From the human T2T-CHM13v2.0 reference genome, Homo sapiens, in assembly GCF_009914755.1 (NCBI RefSeq), contig NC_060930.1: a stretch of DNA of 64,000 bases. The stretch is one strand, 5' to 3'. A program made the translations under genes and the position numbers. The notes under the pieces were generated by a model. The model made no database searches, was not told the DNA's origin, and saw only the letters and a program-made list of their open reading frames with translations. Shown here piece by piece: positions 1 to 14,686 of this stretch. Positions within the stretch are counted from its first letter, which is position 1; the number at the start of each line of letters is the position of its first letter.

Positions 1-36
1 CTACCCTTCTAAATATGGGGTTCTGGGATAAGGGAC

Positions 37-391
37 TGATATGGTTTGGATCTGTGTACCCACACAAATCTCACCTTGAATTGTAATAATCCTCACATGT
101 CAAGGGTGGGACCAGGTCGAGGTAATTGAATCATAGGAGTGGTTTCCCCTGCTGTTCTCATGATAATGAGTGAGTCTTATGAGATCTGATGGTTTTATAA
201 GCGTTGGCATTTCCCCTGCTGGTCCTCATTCTCTCTCCTGCTGCCCTGTGAAGATTTGCCTTCTGCCATGATTATAAGTTTCCTGAGGCCTCTCCAGCCA
301 TGCAGAGCTGTGAGTCAATTAAACCTATTTTCTTTATAAATTACCTAGTCTCGGGTATTTCATCATAACAGCGTGAGAATGGACTAATACA
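37..391 (+). mobile_element. THE1-type (THE1D-like) MaLR solo LTR
   Basis: Begins TGATATGGTTTGG, ends GGACTAATACA; perfect 5-bp TSD GGGAC (32-36 / 392-396). Confidence 0.9.
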
Positions 392-524
392 GGGACCATA
401 TTGGACTCATTTTACATGTACCCTCTACCTCTAATAGAGAAGGCAGCAAACTCAGCAAAAATCAAATGCCAAAAGTTTTCTGAAAGAACCAAGAATTTTT
501 CTGTTATCACCTGGCAGGGAATGT

Positions 525-640
525 AATTATATAACATTATGTATGTATACATAATGTTAAATCAAGTTTAGCCTAAATCTAACAAATTATATAACATTAT
601 ATATGCATATATAATGTTAAATCAAGTTTAGCCTAAATCT
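525..640. repeat. 60-bp-period tandem duplication spanning the 5' edge of the MER57 LTR
   Basis: aattatataacattat...tgttaaatcaagtttagcctaaatct at 525-580 and 585-640. Confidence 0.9.
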
Positions 641-988
641 GCCTCCTTATAGTAATTTTAAATTTGGCCTAACAGTTTCTTGGTACATCATGAACTATAA
701 CCTAAATGGATTTGTATACAGACTGTAGCCTATTCTTGTGTCAATCACTGAGTTTTGACTAATCAAAGGTGGCCAACTGTTCAAACCATGTTCAAATAAG
801 GCAAACATCAACCTGTAACCAATCTGGCTGTTTCTGTCCCTCACTTCTGTTTTCTGTACATCACTTTGCTTTTTCTGTCCATAAATCTTCTACCGCATGG
901 CTGTGCTGGAGTCTCTGAGCCTACTCTGGCTTGGGAGACTACCCGATTTGCTCTTCAATTAAACTCTTTTGAATTTAGTTCAGCTAGT
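615..988 (+). mobile_element. MER57-family ERV1 solo LTR (3' end eroded into a TA tract)
   Basis: TGTTAAATCAAGTTTAGCCTAAA...CAAAGGTGGCCAACTGTTCAAACC...CAATTAAACTC resembles MER57A/B consensus. Confidence 0.8.
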
Positions 989-2060
989 TATATATTATAT
1001 ATATTCATAATAATATATAATTATATATATATATAGCATACTCTGTCTCTGGGCTAAAAATTATACCTCAGTGTGATAGTGTGACATCCTTCAGCATGGG
1101 TCATCCTGTTCTCTCACCCAACAGAGTGATCAATGGACCCTTTCATTTCCCCCAACTGGACTGCTGCAAAAAAAAATCTCTATCATTTTAGGTTATTATT
1201 TATAATTATTATTTTAACCAATTGACCCAGTAATGAGCCAATTTATTCTTTCATGTCTTACTTGTTAGATAAGCAAAATTAGACCTTGAATTCCTGAAGA
1301 CAGAAACGCTGATGAAATTAGTGCCGCAGATGTGTTCTTAGTCGGGGCATCTCCTTGGCTCTAAGGAATGTAAGTTTTTGTTTCCCAAAAGATAAGGCCC
1401 CTAACTGGTTTTAATAACTGTGCAACCTCCAGAAAGCTTCTGTGAAAGTACAGCTTGTTAGATGTACAGAAGTCACAGCAAACTCCAAAGATGTTGTTTA
1501 ATTATTTGTCCTTTCCTAGAAAAATAAAATTTGAGGGCTCTAATTCAGCTTTACAAATGTTTTTCAAATCACGTTTGATTCACAAAGTCCCTGTGAACCA
1601 TCAAAATGTGTGGTGGATTGTGAATACTTAGGGCTGCGCCCCACCTGATTCAGCCATCGCCACTTCCTCTTCCATAACATTGTGAAAACACAGACATCTG
1701 GCTGCAGGAGATACACACGAATCCCCGCAGAGGCAGTGGTCCATGGCAACCTTCAGATAATCTGTAGCAGGATTTTTCTGTTTTCTGGAATGCTTGTACA
1801 TTTCTTACAAGCAATTATGCTGACTCTACAGTGATTCAAATTGCCCCTTAAAACAGCTGTAACAACCAAACCAAGAGCTATCTTCCAATAATATTGGCTA
1901 CAGAGAGAGTCATAGATTTTCAGGAAAATACACCAAGCAAGTAACATAATTGAGAAGCTAAATGACATGTTTGGTACAGTTGCCAAACTGCTCTTTTCTA
2001 AGAGTGAAGTGCAGTGACACAGGTGGATTTTCATATGGAGCAATAATGTCTTTAACATAA

Positions 2061-2195
2061 TTTATTTTTTATTTTTAAAGTGACAGGGCCTCACTATGTC
2101 ACCCAGGCTGGTCTGGACCTCCCGGGCTCAAATGATCCTCCCATGTTGGCCTCCCAATGTGCTGGGATTACACGTGTGAGCCTCCATGTCTGACC
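2061..2195 (-). mobile_element. Free left Alu monomer (FLAM-like)
   Basis: T-rich tail then a single Alu arm ending ...GCTGGGATTACACGTGTGAGCC... Confidence 0.8.
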
Positions 2196-2431
2196 TCTTT
2201 AAACATTTTCTACATTAGTACGCTTTTGACATAGATGCATTATGTAAGTATGAGAGAAGGTACTCATGTTCTCATAGAATTCTAACCTCTGACTTTTATA
2301 ATTTAACAATTTTTTTTGCAAATATGACAGAAGCAAATAGACATTATCTAATGTGTCACCTAGGAGGTTATGTGGACTTCAGTCCTGTTAGCCACACATG
2401 CGGCTTAGTGCCTGACTCACAGTGTGAATAT

Positions 2432-2864
2432 TGAGAGGTGAGGCTAGCTGGACTTGCTGGGTTGAATGGGGACTTGGGGAACTTTCCTTCTTACCAGAGG
2501 ATTTTAAAACGCACCAATCAGCACTCTGTAAAATACACCAGTTAGCACTCTGTAAAAAGCACCAATCAGCAGGATCCTAAAAGTAGCCAATCGCAGGGAG
2601 GACTGAAAAAAGGGCACTCTGATAGGACAGAAATGGAACATGGGAGGGGACAATAAGGGAGTAAAAGCTGGTCACCTCACCCTGCAGCAGCAACCCGCTC
2701 GGTGCTATGGAAGCTTTGTCCTTTCGCTCTTCACAGTAAACCTTGCTGCTGCTCACTCTTTGGGTCCGTCCATGCCATCTTTAAGAACTGTAACACTCAT
2801 GGCAAAGGTCCGCAGCTTCAATCTTGAAGTCAGCAAGACCATGAACACACCAACTCCGGACACG
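2432..2864 (+). mobile_element. LTR12F-like (ERV9) solo LTR
   Basis: TGAGAGGTGAGGCTAGCTGGAC start, repeated CACCAATCAGCACTCTGTAAAA units, ends CAACTCCGGACAC(G); 4-bp TSD ATAT. Confidence 0.85.
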
Positions 2865-3040
2865 ATATTACAAACAATTCCAGGCACAGATGTACTTGTG
2901 GCCAGTTACTTTGCTAATATTGTTTCCTTTATATTATTTCCTAAATTCATGGTATCTCCTATAGTATGTTAATATTACTGTTTCATTTTTATTTCCTACC
3001 AAATCTTTGCACAGTATGCCTTTCTCCTCTGCATTAGCCT

Positions 3041-3793
<753 letters not shown>

Positions 3794-3809
3794 AAGACCC
3801 AGGTATGGG

Positions 3810-4441
3810 CTTGCTCTTCTGTTCTGTGATGTCCTCCTTGGGCCTCCAGATCCACTGCGTGCTCTGCTCCAAGAGACTGACCAGGACAGCTGCAATCAAC
3901 ACACACAACTGTCCTCAAACTTCCATCTGGCTTTGGCCCATGGGGAGCCCAGGAAGGAGATTAGAGTGAGGAAGGTTGAGGTCAGTTATTTATTACTCAA
4001 GTCCCCTCCCTGTGAGGTTGCGTGGGCTTGCTTTTCTTGACTCAGAATCATGAACACAGAAAGTGATCTGTTTTTCATTTCCCCAAGGATTGTACAAAAC
4101 TAGTGCTATTCTGGCAGCAAAAGAAAGAAGTTGATTCATTACATATGACGGGTGCTGGAGCATGCAGGTCTCACTTCTCTCACTGGTCAATTTCCTCTCA
4201 TAATGGTCTTCTCCACAGTTGCCTCCTCTTCCCGGTTGTCTCCAGGTTCCAGTACTGCCCCTCCCCTAGGTTTAGGCATCTGCTGCCCCACCAGGATTAG
4301 CCCCACACTGCTGCATTAACCATTGGGACTCCCTGTACTCCATTCATATCCTTGTAAATAGATTCTTTGGTAAATATTTCTTAATCTGTACTAACATGAG
4401 TTCAGAGAGATCCGTTTCCTTCTGAGACCTTTACTGCTGCA
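3810..4441 (+). mobile_element. Old ERVL LTR (LTR33-like)
   Basis: GGAGATTAGAGTGAGG...GAGGTCAG.TATTTATT motif and 3' end ...GTTTCCTTCTGAGACCTTTACTGCTGCA; boundaries approximate. Confidence 0.5.
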
Positions 4442-5279
4442 ATGCCTCTTTATCAGAAACATAATTAAAATATGTTCACCATTTGGCCTCTCTTCAGTTT
4501 CCTCTCTTGGAATTGCCTTCCTTTCTATAGCCATCTGTCAAATCTGGCAACTCCTGCTTCCAAAGGAGATTTCAGGCCAACCTCTACTGAGGGCTAGTCT
4601 GGGAGGGGACCTGAATGAAGTAGGAGGTGACGGCTAGCTGATGAGCAACACTGCAGAGGGAGGGGCTACCAGTAGCTAAGACCACAGAAACAGCACAGGC
4701 AGAGGGCACACCAATGATGAAACAGTCCTAACTGTTAAAGCAGATAGTAAAGGCTAGCGGATGCTGGAATTGAGGTGTGGACCAACTCCATAGGGATAAG
4801 AGGGAGCGGAGTTGACAATGGCTGACAAATCCAGGAAATGTACCATTAGATAAGGAGTTTAAGGTCCTTTGTTTTGCGTCTCTGTCTAGTGTATGTAAAT
4901 TTTGTCTCTCCTAATTCCTAAGGGAAAAATAGAGGCAATACCTAAGACTTTGTATTATTTAAAGACTAGACTAATTTTCATTCCCTTTAGAAAACTACCT
5001 TATATTCTTCTTTCATATTTAGAATTAATCTCTTCTCCCGTACTTCCATAGTATGAGAATTCTGCTTAATGTGAGTTAACAACTATTATATTATCACACT
5101 ATAATGGATTTATTTAGAGTAGTTTTTGAAGTTAGTTACAAGTTCATTCTAAGACCAATATCATGAGCAGAGATACTGAGACCACAGTAAATTGCTGAAG
5201 TTAGCTGATGACCAGGTTGTTGTTCATTATAACTAAGTGTGCCTTATTCACTCATTCAACATCTTCAAAACACTGCTGG

Positions 5280-5715
5280 AGCCATCCTTTCCTCCCTCTT
5301 TCTCTATGTCCTACACTGACTGCTTCTCATTTCTGGAATGTTCTTCGTTTCATATATCTCATGGCTCACTCCATTACCTCTTACAAGACATTACTCAAAC
5401 ATTCTTTTCTCAAAAAGGCCTATCCACCATACCTACTCAGAAATGCAACATCCTCCTTTCTTTAAGCTTAAGCACTTTCGTTTTCCCTTAACATACTTAC
5501 TTTTTCATTTCTCTTACAGCAATTATCATCCTGTACCATATTATTTAATTTCTGTATCTATTACACTTATTACTTATTGCATATCTTTCTCCAGTAGGAT
5601 GCATGCATCTGTGAGGGCAGGGATCTCAGATTATTTTGTTCAGTGGTGTGCTCTAAGTGTTCCAAATAGTGCCTGGCATAAAGTACATGCCCAATAAATA
5701 ATTTCAATAAATATA
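5280..5715 (+). mobile_element. L2 3' fragment
   Basis: TGAGGGCAGGGA...AGTGCCTGGCATAAAGTA...CAATAAATA typical of the L2 terminus. Confidence 0.65.
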
Positions 5716-5822
5716 TGGAGTCTAATGAACTAGCCCACTGCAACAGTACCTTACCTTCAGGTCTGATGTGTAGATAAGTTGGTCATTTTCCAGAGCTGAG
5801 CAGTGAGGCAGCCCTGTAGCTA

Positions 5823-6271
<449 letters not shown>

Positions 6272-6420
6272 TTACCCATGACATTTTAATAAAGTGTAAT
6301 TAAAAATTCAAAGCTGGATGGACTGCGACAAATGAAGAGAAGGTTAATTCTATGCTAAGGATGGAGCGATCGGGGACGAAGCATCTCTAGCCCTCCTATC
6401 TTCTGTTGATAAAGACTCAC

Positions 6421-6521
6421 CTTCGCAAGCGGGACAACAGTGGTCCTGGCATGATATTGGGCATATAAGTAGTGCCCAGGGCAGAAAAGATGCATTGTGA
6501 GGGTCCAGGCAGTTACGGAGG
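6421..6521 (-). other. Candidate 101-nt internal exon (probably non-coding RNA)
   Basis: Minus strand: branch-like CTTAAC (6562-6567), long pyrimidine tract, CAG acceptor (6522-6524), donor AAG|GTGAGT at 6421/6420; unique sequence retaining CpGs. Confidence 0.4.
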
Positions 6522-6797
6522 CTGAGCTCAGGTGAAGGAGGAAGAGGGAGATAGCAGAGGGGTTAAGAGTCTTCTGGGCTTGTAAGTCAATGTTATTTCT
6601 CCCGCACTTCTGGGTTGGTGAAGCCCATCTGGCCACAGATTTATTTACATGTAAATATATTTTATTTACATTTACATAGTTATACGTAAATAGATTTATA
6701 TACAAGTATATTTACATGTTTGTACAGAGCTACATATGTTTACATATATGTAAATAATGTTTACATACATATACCCATGCATATACATTTTAACTAG

Positions 6798-7225
<428 letters not shown>

Positions 7226-7977
7226 TAGATATTCTAAAGACATTTTGAAGGCAAAAAATTTTCTGAGTTGAAGAGTCAGCTAAGTGAATATACCAATTGT
7301 TAGCTCACAAAATTAATTCAAGCAGTAATGGGTAGGTATTTAACATTCATGAAGAAAAGATGTAACCAGTTTCCAAAGTATGAGTCTAAGAAAATTATTC
7401 ATAGAAAAAAATGAGAGAAAATGGATTCTTAGTGTTTTAACAACAAATATTATTGCATGTCACAATGTGACTGCCTTTTTAAATTAAAAATAAAATAACC
7501 TAAGCCTGATCTAGAAATGATTGCTTGCTAATGGTTCAAGTGACTCATAATAAATCACTATAATTGAAATGAAGAATTATTACAAGTGCAATCAACAATA
7601 GAACATGTCTATGGAGGTGGTTCCAGCTTGAAGAAAGAAAATAATAAGACTCTTACTTAATATCCAGGTAAAATATGTCAGAACCTCTGAAAAGGAGCAC
7701 TGAAAACTTCAAAGAATTATTAATGTTCAAGGCATCTGGAGAAAAAGGAGTAATAAGAACAGAGAGTTCAAAGGTAAAAACCTGTCAATATTGCAGAAAT
7801 AGAAAGCATTACCCAATTAATAGTGGGAAGGAAAGGTGGGATGGGTGAAGGAATGATCACTTATAGGATACTTGTTTGGTGCCAGATACTATGAAAATTA
7901 TATTACTTGTACTATTTCTTCATAAGATATTTTATTAGATTCCCATGCTACAAGGAAGGATGTAGAGGAAAAAAACA

Positions 7978-7985
7978 TTATCTAT

Positions 7986-8028
<43 letters not shown>

Positions 8029-8029
8029 C
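7978..8029. repeat. (TATC)n microsatellite
   Basis: Direct reading. Confidence 0.95.
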
Positions 8030-8572
8030 CTCTTCATTTAATAGTGGCAATGGGAGGAATGAAAACATAACAGTCTGCTTCATGTAAAGAAAAGCATGAC
8101 CATCATTGGCTTCATGGGTAGGTGACCTATGCAGTGGCACAAGACTCAACTCTCTCAAGTGGAAGCACACTGGGAATTATGCTCTCTGACACTGTATTGA
8201 AATTCTTAATAATTTTATTTTTGAATTCGTACTGTGCAAGTGAAGGCCTATGGAACAACCTGCATGCAGGTGAACAGAGGAGATACGCCAGGAGGCAGTG
8301 TGTGGGCTGAGCGTTTGGCCTTGTCACCCGGCATGTGTACACAAGCCTGGGGCACTCTAGTGCACCACATGGGCCTGAGAAAAGGGCTTATGGGATGAAC
8401 CTGGGCCCAGATGGCAGTGGTGATGGTTGCAGTAGAAGCTGTAGCTGTGGCAATAGCAGTTTGTCTGGGGAGAGAGAGGAGGGGCTCCCCATGGGGCAGC
8501 ACTGGGACCCATGGTGGGACACAGTTTCGGCATTTCTACCCCTGAGGCATCTGTATAAATATTAACTAACTC

Positions 8573-8862
<290 letters not shown>

Positions 8863-8949
8863 TTAACTCCACGGCTTAAGTGCTAGGAAAGGAACTGCCA
8901 GTGCTCAGCAGGTACATTTTGTTAGTAAACTATTAATAGTACATATGAA

Positions 8950-11900
8950 GTGATGTCAGTAAATGTGGTGGAGTAAGGATCTCCCAATATTCTTTTGTCC
9001 GCCATAAAAGTGGTGAGAAAATTTGAAAAAAATTCAAAAGGAAAATCATCAGAATAAACATTTTCAGAACTCTGGAGATTGACCAAAGGCTTGCAGAAAT
9101 CAGAGGAGCATTTATTCAAGAAGAAGGTCAAATGTTGGTAAGAACAGTTGGTTTTATGGTGGTTTAAATTGCCATAGTTCCATCACCCACTCTCCACTTC
9201 CACAATATCCTTCAAAACAATAGCCCACATTTGTAGTGAAAGCCAGTAGTCATCAAGGGAGTGAATGGTGCTAGAGTTCTTTAAAAGTCTCATACTCAGA
9301 ATATTGTCATTATTTGATCTATCTGGTGGTTCTCTGGGGAAGAACCTACTTGTAAGACAATCTGTGTTTGATTTGACTCAGAGCACTTTTATGGGAAGAA
9401 AGAAAAAACTTTTTTTCCTGGAGGTAAATGTCAGAAAAATGAAACTAAATAAAACAGGCCCTTGATTAACTTTACACTATTAAAGGTAGAGAATAATAGC
9501 TGGGGCAAACAATAAATGGGCCAAAAAGGTTTAAGTAAAAGGTAGGACATTAGATGCCCATGGGCGTTTTGATACGCTGTGAAATGTTCCTGGGAATACA
9601 GAAGTCTAGGTGCATGTCCAGGGCAGTGCTTATGCACAGGACAGTGTACTTGTTAAAAAAGTTTTGAGACGATTCCAAGCTCTCACCACTGGCTAATCTT
9701 GACACTCTGCAAAGCAGGAGGCAAAGGCTAATGTAGAGGTGAAAACATCTAGTCCAAGCATTGATATAATCAATTCTTCAACACACACAGAGAGCCCCTT
9801 GGCAGTAGTAGCAGACTTATTGGTTACAAGCATTAAAAGCAATCTTTGTTCAATCCATTAACTGACCTCTAAGCTAACTGGGCAGAGTCTTCTGTAGTCA
9901 CATATGACAATGAATACAAACTTTGCAGAATTACTTCATAAAAGTCACAAAACAAGAAAATGGTAACTACAAAAAAAAAAAAAAAAGAAAAAAACAGCAA
10001 AAACAAAAAGTTCTGGGGAAGTGTGAGAATTTGATATCCAAGTTAGTCACATTATGTTATTGAAAATGTCATTTTCAAGAAAAAAGTGTGAGTCATGCAA
10101 AGAAGGAAGTATGGTCCTTATACCATGAAAGGCTTCCTTGAGGAAGCCTACATATTGGACTTACTAGACAAAGACATTAAATTGGCTATGCTAAATATTC
10201 ACAAAGAACTTAAAAAAATCATGTCTAAAAAACTAAAGAAAAATATGAGAATGATGCTTCACCTAATAAAAATATATACAAAGAGGTAAAAATCATATTT
10301 CAAAGAAGAACCAAATAGAAATTCTGGATTTGAAAGGTATAATGACTGAAATGGACGATTCCCTAGAGGGTACCATCCCTCTAGGGAACTATGACATAAT
10401 ATAAAAATATGTAATTCATATGACAACAACAACACAAAAGAGGGTGGAATAAATAAAGCTATTTAAGAGCATATTTTTTGTATACTACATGTAACAGTAC
10501 ACTATAAAATATCTATTTAACAGAAATGAAACAATAATGAAGAAAAAGAGAGAAAAAGATAAATAAAACTATAAAAAAGAAATGGTAAAATGGCAGATGT
10601 AAACCTGTATTATTGGTAATTACGTTAAATGTAAATGGATTAATATATTAAACACTCTAATAAAAAGGCAAAGATTGGCAGACTAGACTTACAAAGCATG
10701 ATCCAAATATCCCATCTAGTATACACACTTTAGAATCAAATAAAGAACTAACGAAGTAAAAAGACACAAATATACCACACAAACAGTAATGAAAAGAGAG
10801 CTGGAGTGATTATACTAATCTCAGACAAATAGACTTTAAGACAACAATTGTTATTCATACATTTTCTAATATTAATGTCAATCCATCAAGAAGATAAATG
10901 ATTATATATAGTTACCTAATAACAGAACACCAAAAAAACATGAAGCAACAACTGACAGAATTGAAGAGAGAAATCTAACATTTAAAATAATGCCTGGAGA
11001 CTTTAACACTCTACTTTCAATAATGAATAAAATAGTAACCAGAATATCAACAAAGAAATGGAGGAAATGAGCACCATTAAAAACCAGATAGACCTAACAG
11101 ACATTTCTAGAAAACTTCACCCAAGGACACAAGAATTCACATTCTTTCCAAGTGCACATTGAATATTCTGCAAGATAGTCCATATATTAAGCCATAAAAC
11201 AGGCTTCAGTAAAGTTGGAAAGATTGAAATCATACAAGGTATGTTCCCTAATCACAAAAAAATACATTTAAAAATAAAAAATAGGAGAAAATTTTGGAAA
11301 TTCAGACAGATGTGGAAAGTAAACAATACATTCCTACATGATAAATAGGTCAAAGAAGAAACATGTGAATAAGAAAATACTTTGAGATGAATAGAAATGA
11401 AAAGATAACATATCCAAAACCTACAAAATGTAGTTAAAGTAGTGATTAGAAAGATGTTTAGAATGGAAATAATTGATATTGAAAAACCTCTAGCTAGACT
11501 GACCAAAATAAAAGAGAGAAGGTTCAAATTGTTTCAATTAGGAATAAAAGAGGAGGCATTACTACCAATATTACAGAAATATAAAGGATTATAAATGAAA
11601 ACTATTAGCAATTGTATGCAAGGAAATTAAATTGTCTGGATAAAATGGACAAGTTTCAGAAAACACAAATTATCAAAACCGACTTTCTTGTATTAGAACT
11701 TAGAAATTCTGAACAGATCTATAACAACTAAGAGGTTGAATTAATTCTCAAAGAATTTCCCATAAAATGAAGGCCAGGACTGAATAATTTTAATGACGAA
11801 TTATGCCAAATATTTAATGAAGAAATAACACCAATTATTCATGAACACTTCTCAAAAGAGAGAAGACAAAGAAACACTTCTCTTCTTATTCTATGAGGCC

Positions 11901-14655
11901 AATTTTACCCTGATACTAAAACTATCCCAAGACATCATAAAACAAAATCACAGATCAATATCCTTTATGAACATCCTGAATACAAGATTACAAAAAGTAA
12001 CCCAGAAGCACATAAAACAAGTTTTACACTATTCCCAAGTGGTATTCATCACAGGATTGCATAGTTGATTCAATAAATGAAAATAAATCACTGTATGAAT
12101 ACAATAAAGGACAAAACCAGGTTATAATAAATGCAGGATAAAAATACTTGACAACATCCCAAACTTTTTCACGATAAAAATACTCAATAAACCAGGAATG
12201 AAAGGGACTTCCTCAAACTGATAAAGGGCATCTATGAAAAATCTGCATCAAGCTTAATTGTGAAAGATTGAAAGTTTTCCTCCTAAAATCAGGGGCAAGA
12301 CAAGGATATCCATTTTGCTACCTCTGTTCAATATTGTACTAAAGATGCTAGACAGAGGAATTAGGCAAAAATAAAAAATAAAAAAAAACAGCATGCCTTC
12401 AGATTGGAAAAGAAGAAACAGAATTATCTCTATTTGCAGATGATATGATCTTGTATGTAGAAAATCCTAAGGAATCTATAAAAAATACTATTTGAGCTAA
12501 TAAATGAATTCAGCGAGGCCATAGGATACATTATTACACACATATTTGTTGTGTTTCTATGTATTAGGAATGCACAATTTGAAGATGAAATGAGGAGAGT
12601 ATTTTCATTTTCATTTACAATAGCATAAAAATAAAATTCTTAGAAATAAACAAAGAAGTACAAAACTTGTGCACTTAAAGGTAAAAATGCCATTGAAAAA
12701 CAATAAGAAGGCATAAATAAAGGCAATGACACATGTTCATGGATTTGAAGGCAATATTGTTAGAATAACAGTATACACCAAACTGATGTACAAATTCTAT
12801 GCAATCCCTGTCAAAATTCAAGCTGTCTTTTTTTCAAAGAAATGGAAAAGCTTTTTTTAAAATTCACACAAAATGCATAGGACCCAGAATAAGTAAAATA
12901 ATATTGAAAAATAAGAACAAAGTTGCAAGATTCACCTTTCTTGGTTTTAAAACTTACTACAAAGTTTTCACTCTCAAAACTATATGGTATTAGCATTAAG
13001 GATGGACACATTGACCATGAAATAGAATTGAGAATCCAGATATACATCCGTATGTTTGTTGTTAAGTGATTTTTGACAAAAATGCCAAGACCGTTCAATG
13101 GGGAATAACAATTTCTTCAGCAAATGGTGCTCAGACAACTGGATATTCATATACAAAAGACTGAAGTTGGACACCTACCTCACAGCATATACAAAAATAG
13201 ACTCAAATGAATGAAACCCAAGCATAAAAGCTAAAGTTTTAAAAGTCTTATTAGAAATATAGCTGTAAATCTTCATAACCTTGGATTAGGCAATGTATTA
13301 TCTTAGCTATGCAAAAACATGATAACCAAAGACAAACAGATTAACTGAATTTCATTAAAATGTAAAATGTTTGGCTGGGCACGGTGGCTCACGCCTGTAA
13401 TCCCAGCACTTTGGGAGGTTGAGGTGGGCAGATCACCAGGTCAGGAGATCAAGACCATCCTGGCTAACACGGTGAAACCGGTCTATACTAAAAATACAAA
13501 AAATTAGCTGGGTGTGGTGGCAGGGGCCTGTAGTCCCAGCTACTCGGGAGGCTGAGGCAGGAGAATGGAGAACAGCGTGAACCTGGGAGGTGGAGCTTGC
13601 AGTGAGCCCAGATTGAGCCACTGCACTCCAGCCTGGGCAACAGAGTGAAACTCCATCTCAAAAAAAAAAAAAAAAAAAAAACGTAAAATATTTGTGCTTC
13701 AGAGAACATTGTCAAGAAAGTGAAAAGATGATCCACAGAATGGGCAAAAATATTTCCAAATCATACCATTTATAATGGCCTAATATCCAGAATATATAAA
13801 GAACTCTTATAATTCTACAAGAAAAACCAAATAACTTATTTTTAGAATGGGCAAAGTGACAGAATAGAATTTAAGCAAGATATGTGAATGGTCAGTATAC
13901 TCCTGAGAAGATGTTGAACATCAATAGTTATTAGGGAAATGAAAATCAAAACCACAGTGTTATACTATTTAAAAAAAAACCATTAGGATGACTATAATAA
14001 AAGATGGACAGAGGATGTGTATAATGGATGCCTCCTACATAACTGGTGGGAATGTTAAAATGACGCAGCCTGTTTGGAAACAGTTTGGCATTTTCTCTAA
14101 AGTTAAATTAGAATTACAATATAACCTAGCCATTCTACTTTTAGGCATATATCCCAAATAACTGAACAAAAAATATGTTTGCGTAAAAACTGTCACCTGA
14201 ATATTCATAGCAGTATTATTCATAGTAGTGAAAAAAGTAGAAACAATCCAAATTGCTATTATCTGATAAATAGATTTTAAAATGTGGTATATCCATACAC
14301 AGAATATTATCTGGCCATAAAAAGCAATGAAGAATATACGTATGCCACACTGAATAACCCTTTAAAACATTATTATAAGAGAATGCAGCCATACCCAAAA
14401 GGCTACATATTTTATAAACCCATTAAAATTAAATGTCCAGAATAGGCAAATCTATGAAAATAGAATGTGGATTATTGGTCACCAAGGACTTGAGGGTGGA
14501 CAGAATGGGAAGTGAATGCTGATGGTATGATGAAAATAATTAGGAATTAGACAGTGGTGATGGGTGCCAAACCTTGTAAATATACCAAAAACCACTGAAT
14601 TGTACACTTTAAAAGAGCAAATTTTTTGGTTTATGAGTTTTGTCTCAATAAAAAA
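8950..14655 (+). mobile_element. Old L1 (L1MB-like), near full length with an internal ORF1 deletion; ORFs decayed
   Basis: L1M-type 5' region, endonuclease remnant (GGAGACTTTAACACT), RT remnant TTTGCAGATGATATGATC (FADD) near 12433, L1MB-type 3' UTR ending CTCAATAAAAA; degenerate TSD AATAG(A)TACAT. Confidence 0.85.
13373..13681 (+). mobile_element. AluY-like, nested in L1
   Basis: CCATCCTGGCTAACACGGTGAAAC and GGAGCTTGCAGTGAG diagnostics; TSD AAAAYGTAAAATRTTT. Confidence 0.92.
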
Positions 14656-14686
14656 TAGATACATGGACATTTCAATATAGCATATT

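Noticed and set aside
1564-2058. Minus-strand 61-aa and 101-aa ORFs in unique DNA with a few CpGs
   Set aside because: No recognisable domain; the candidate acceptor lacks a pyrimidine tract and the donor (CAG|GTGGGG) is weak
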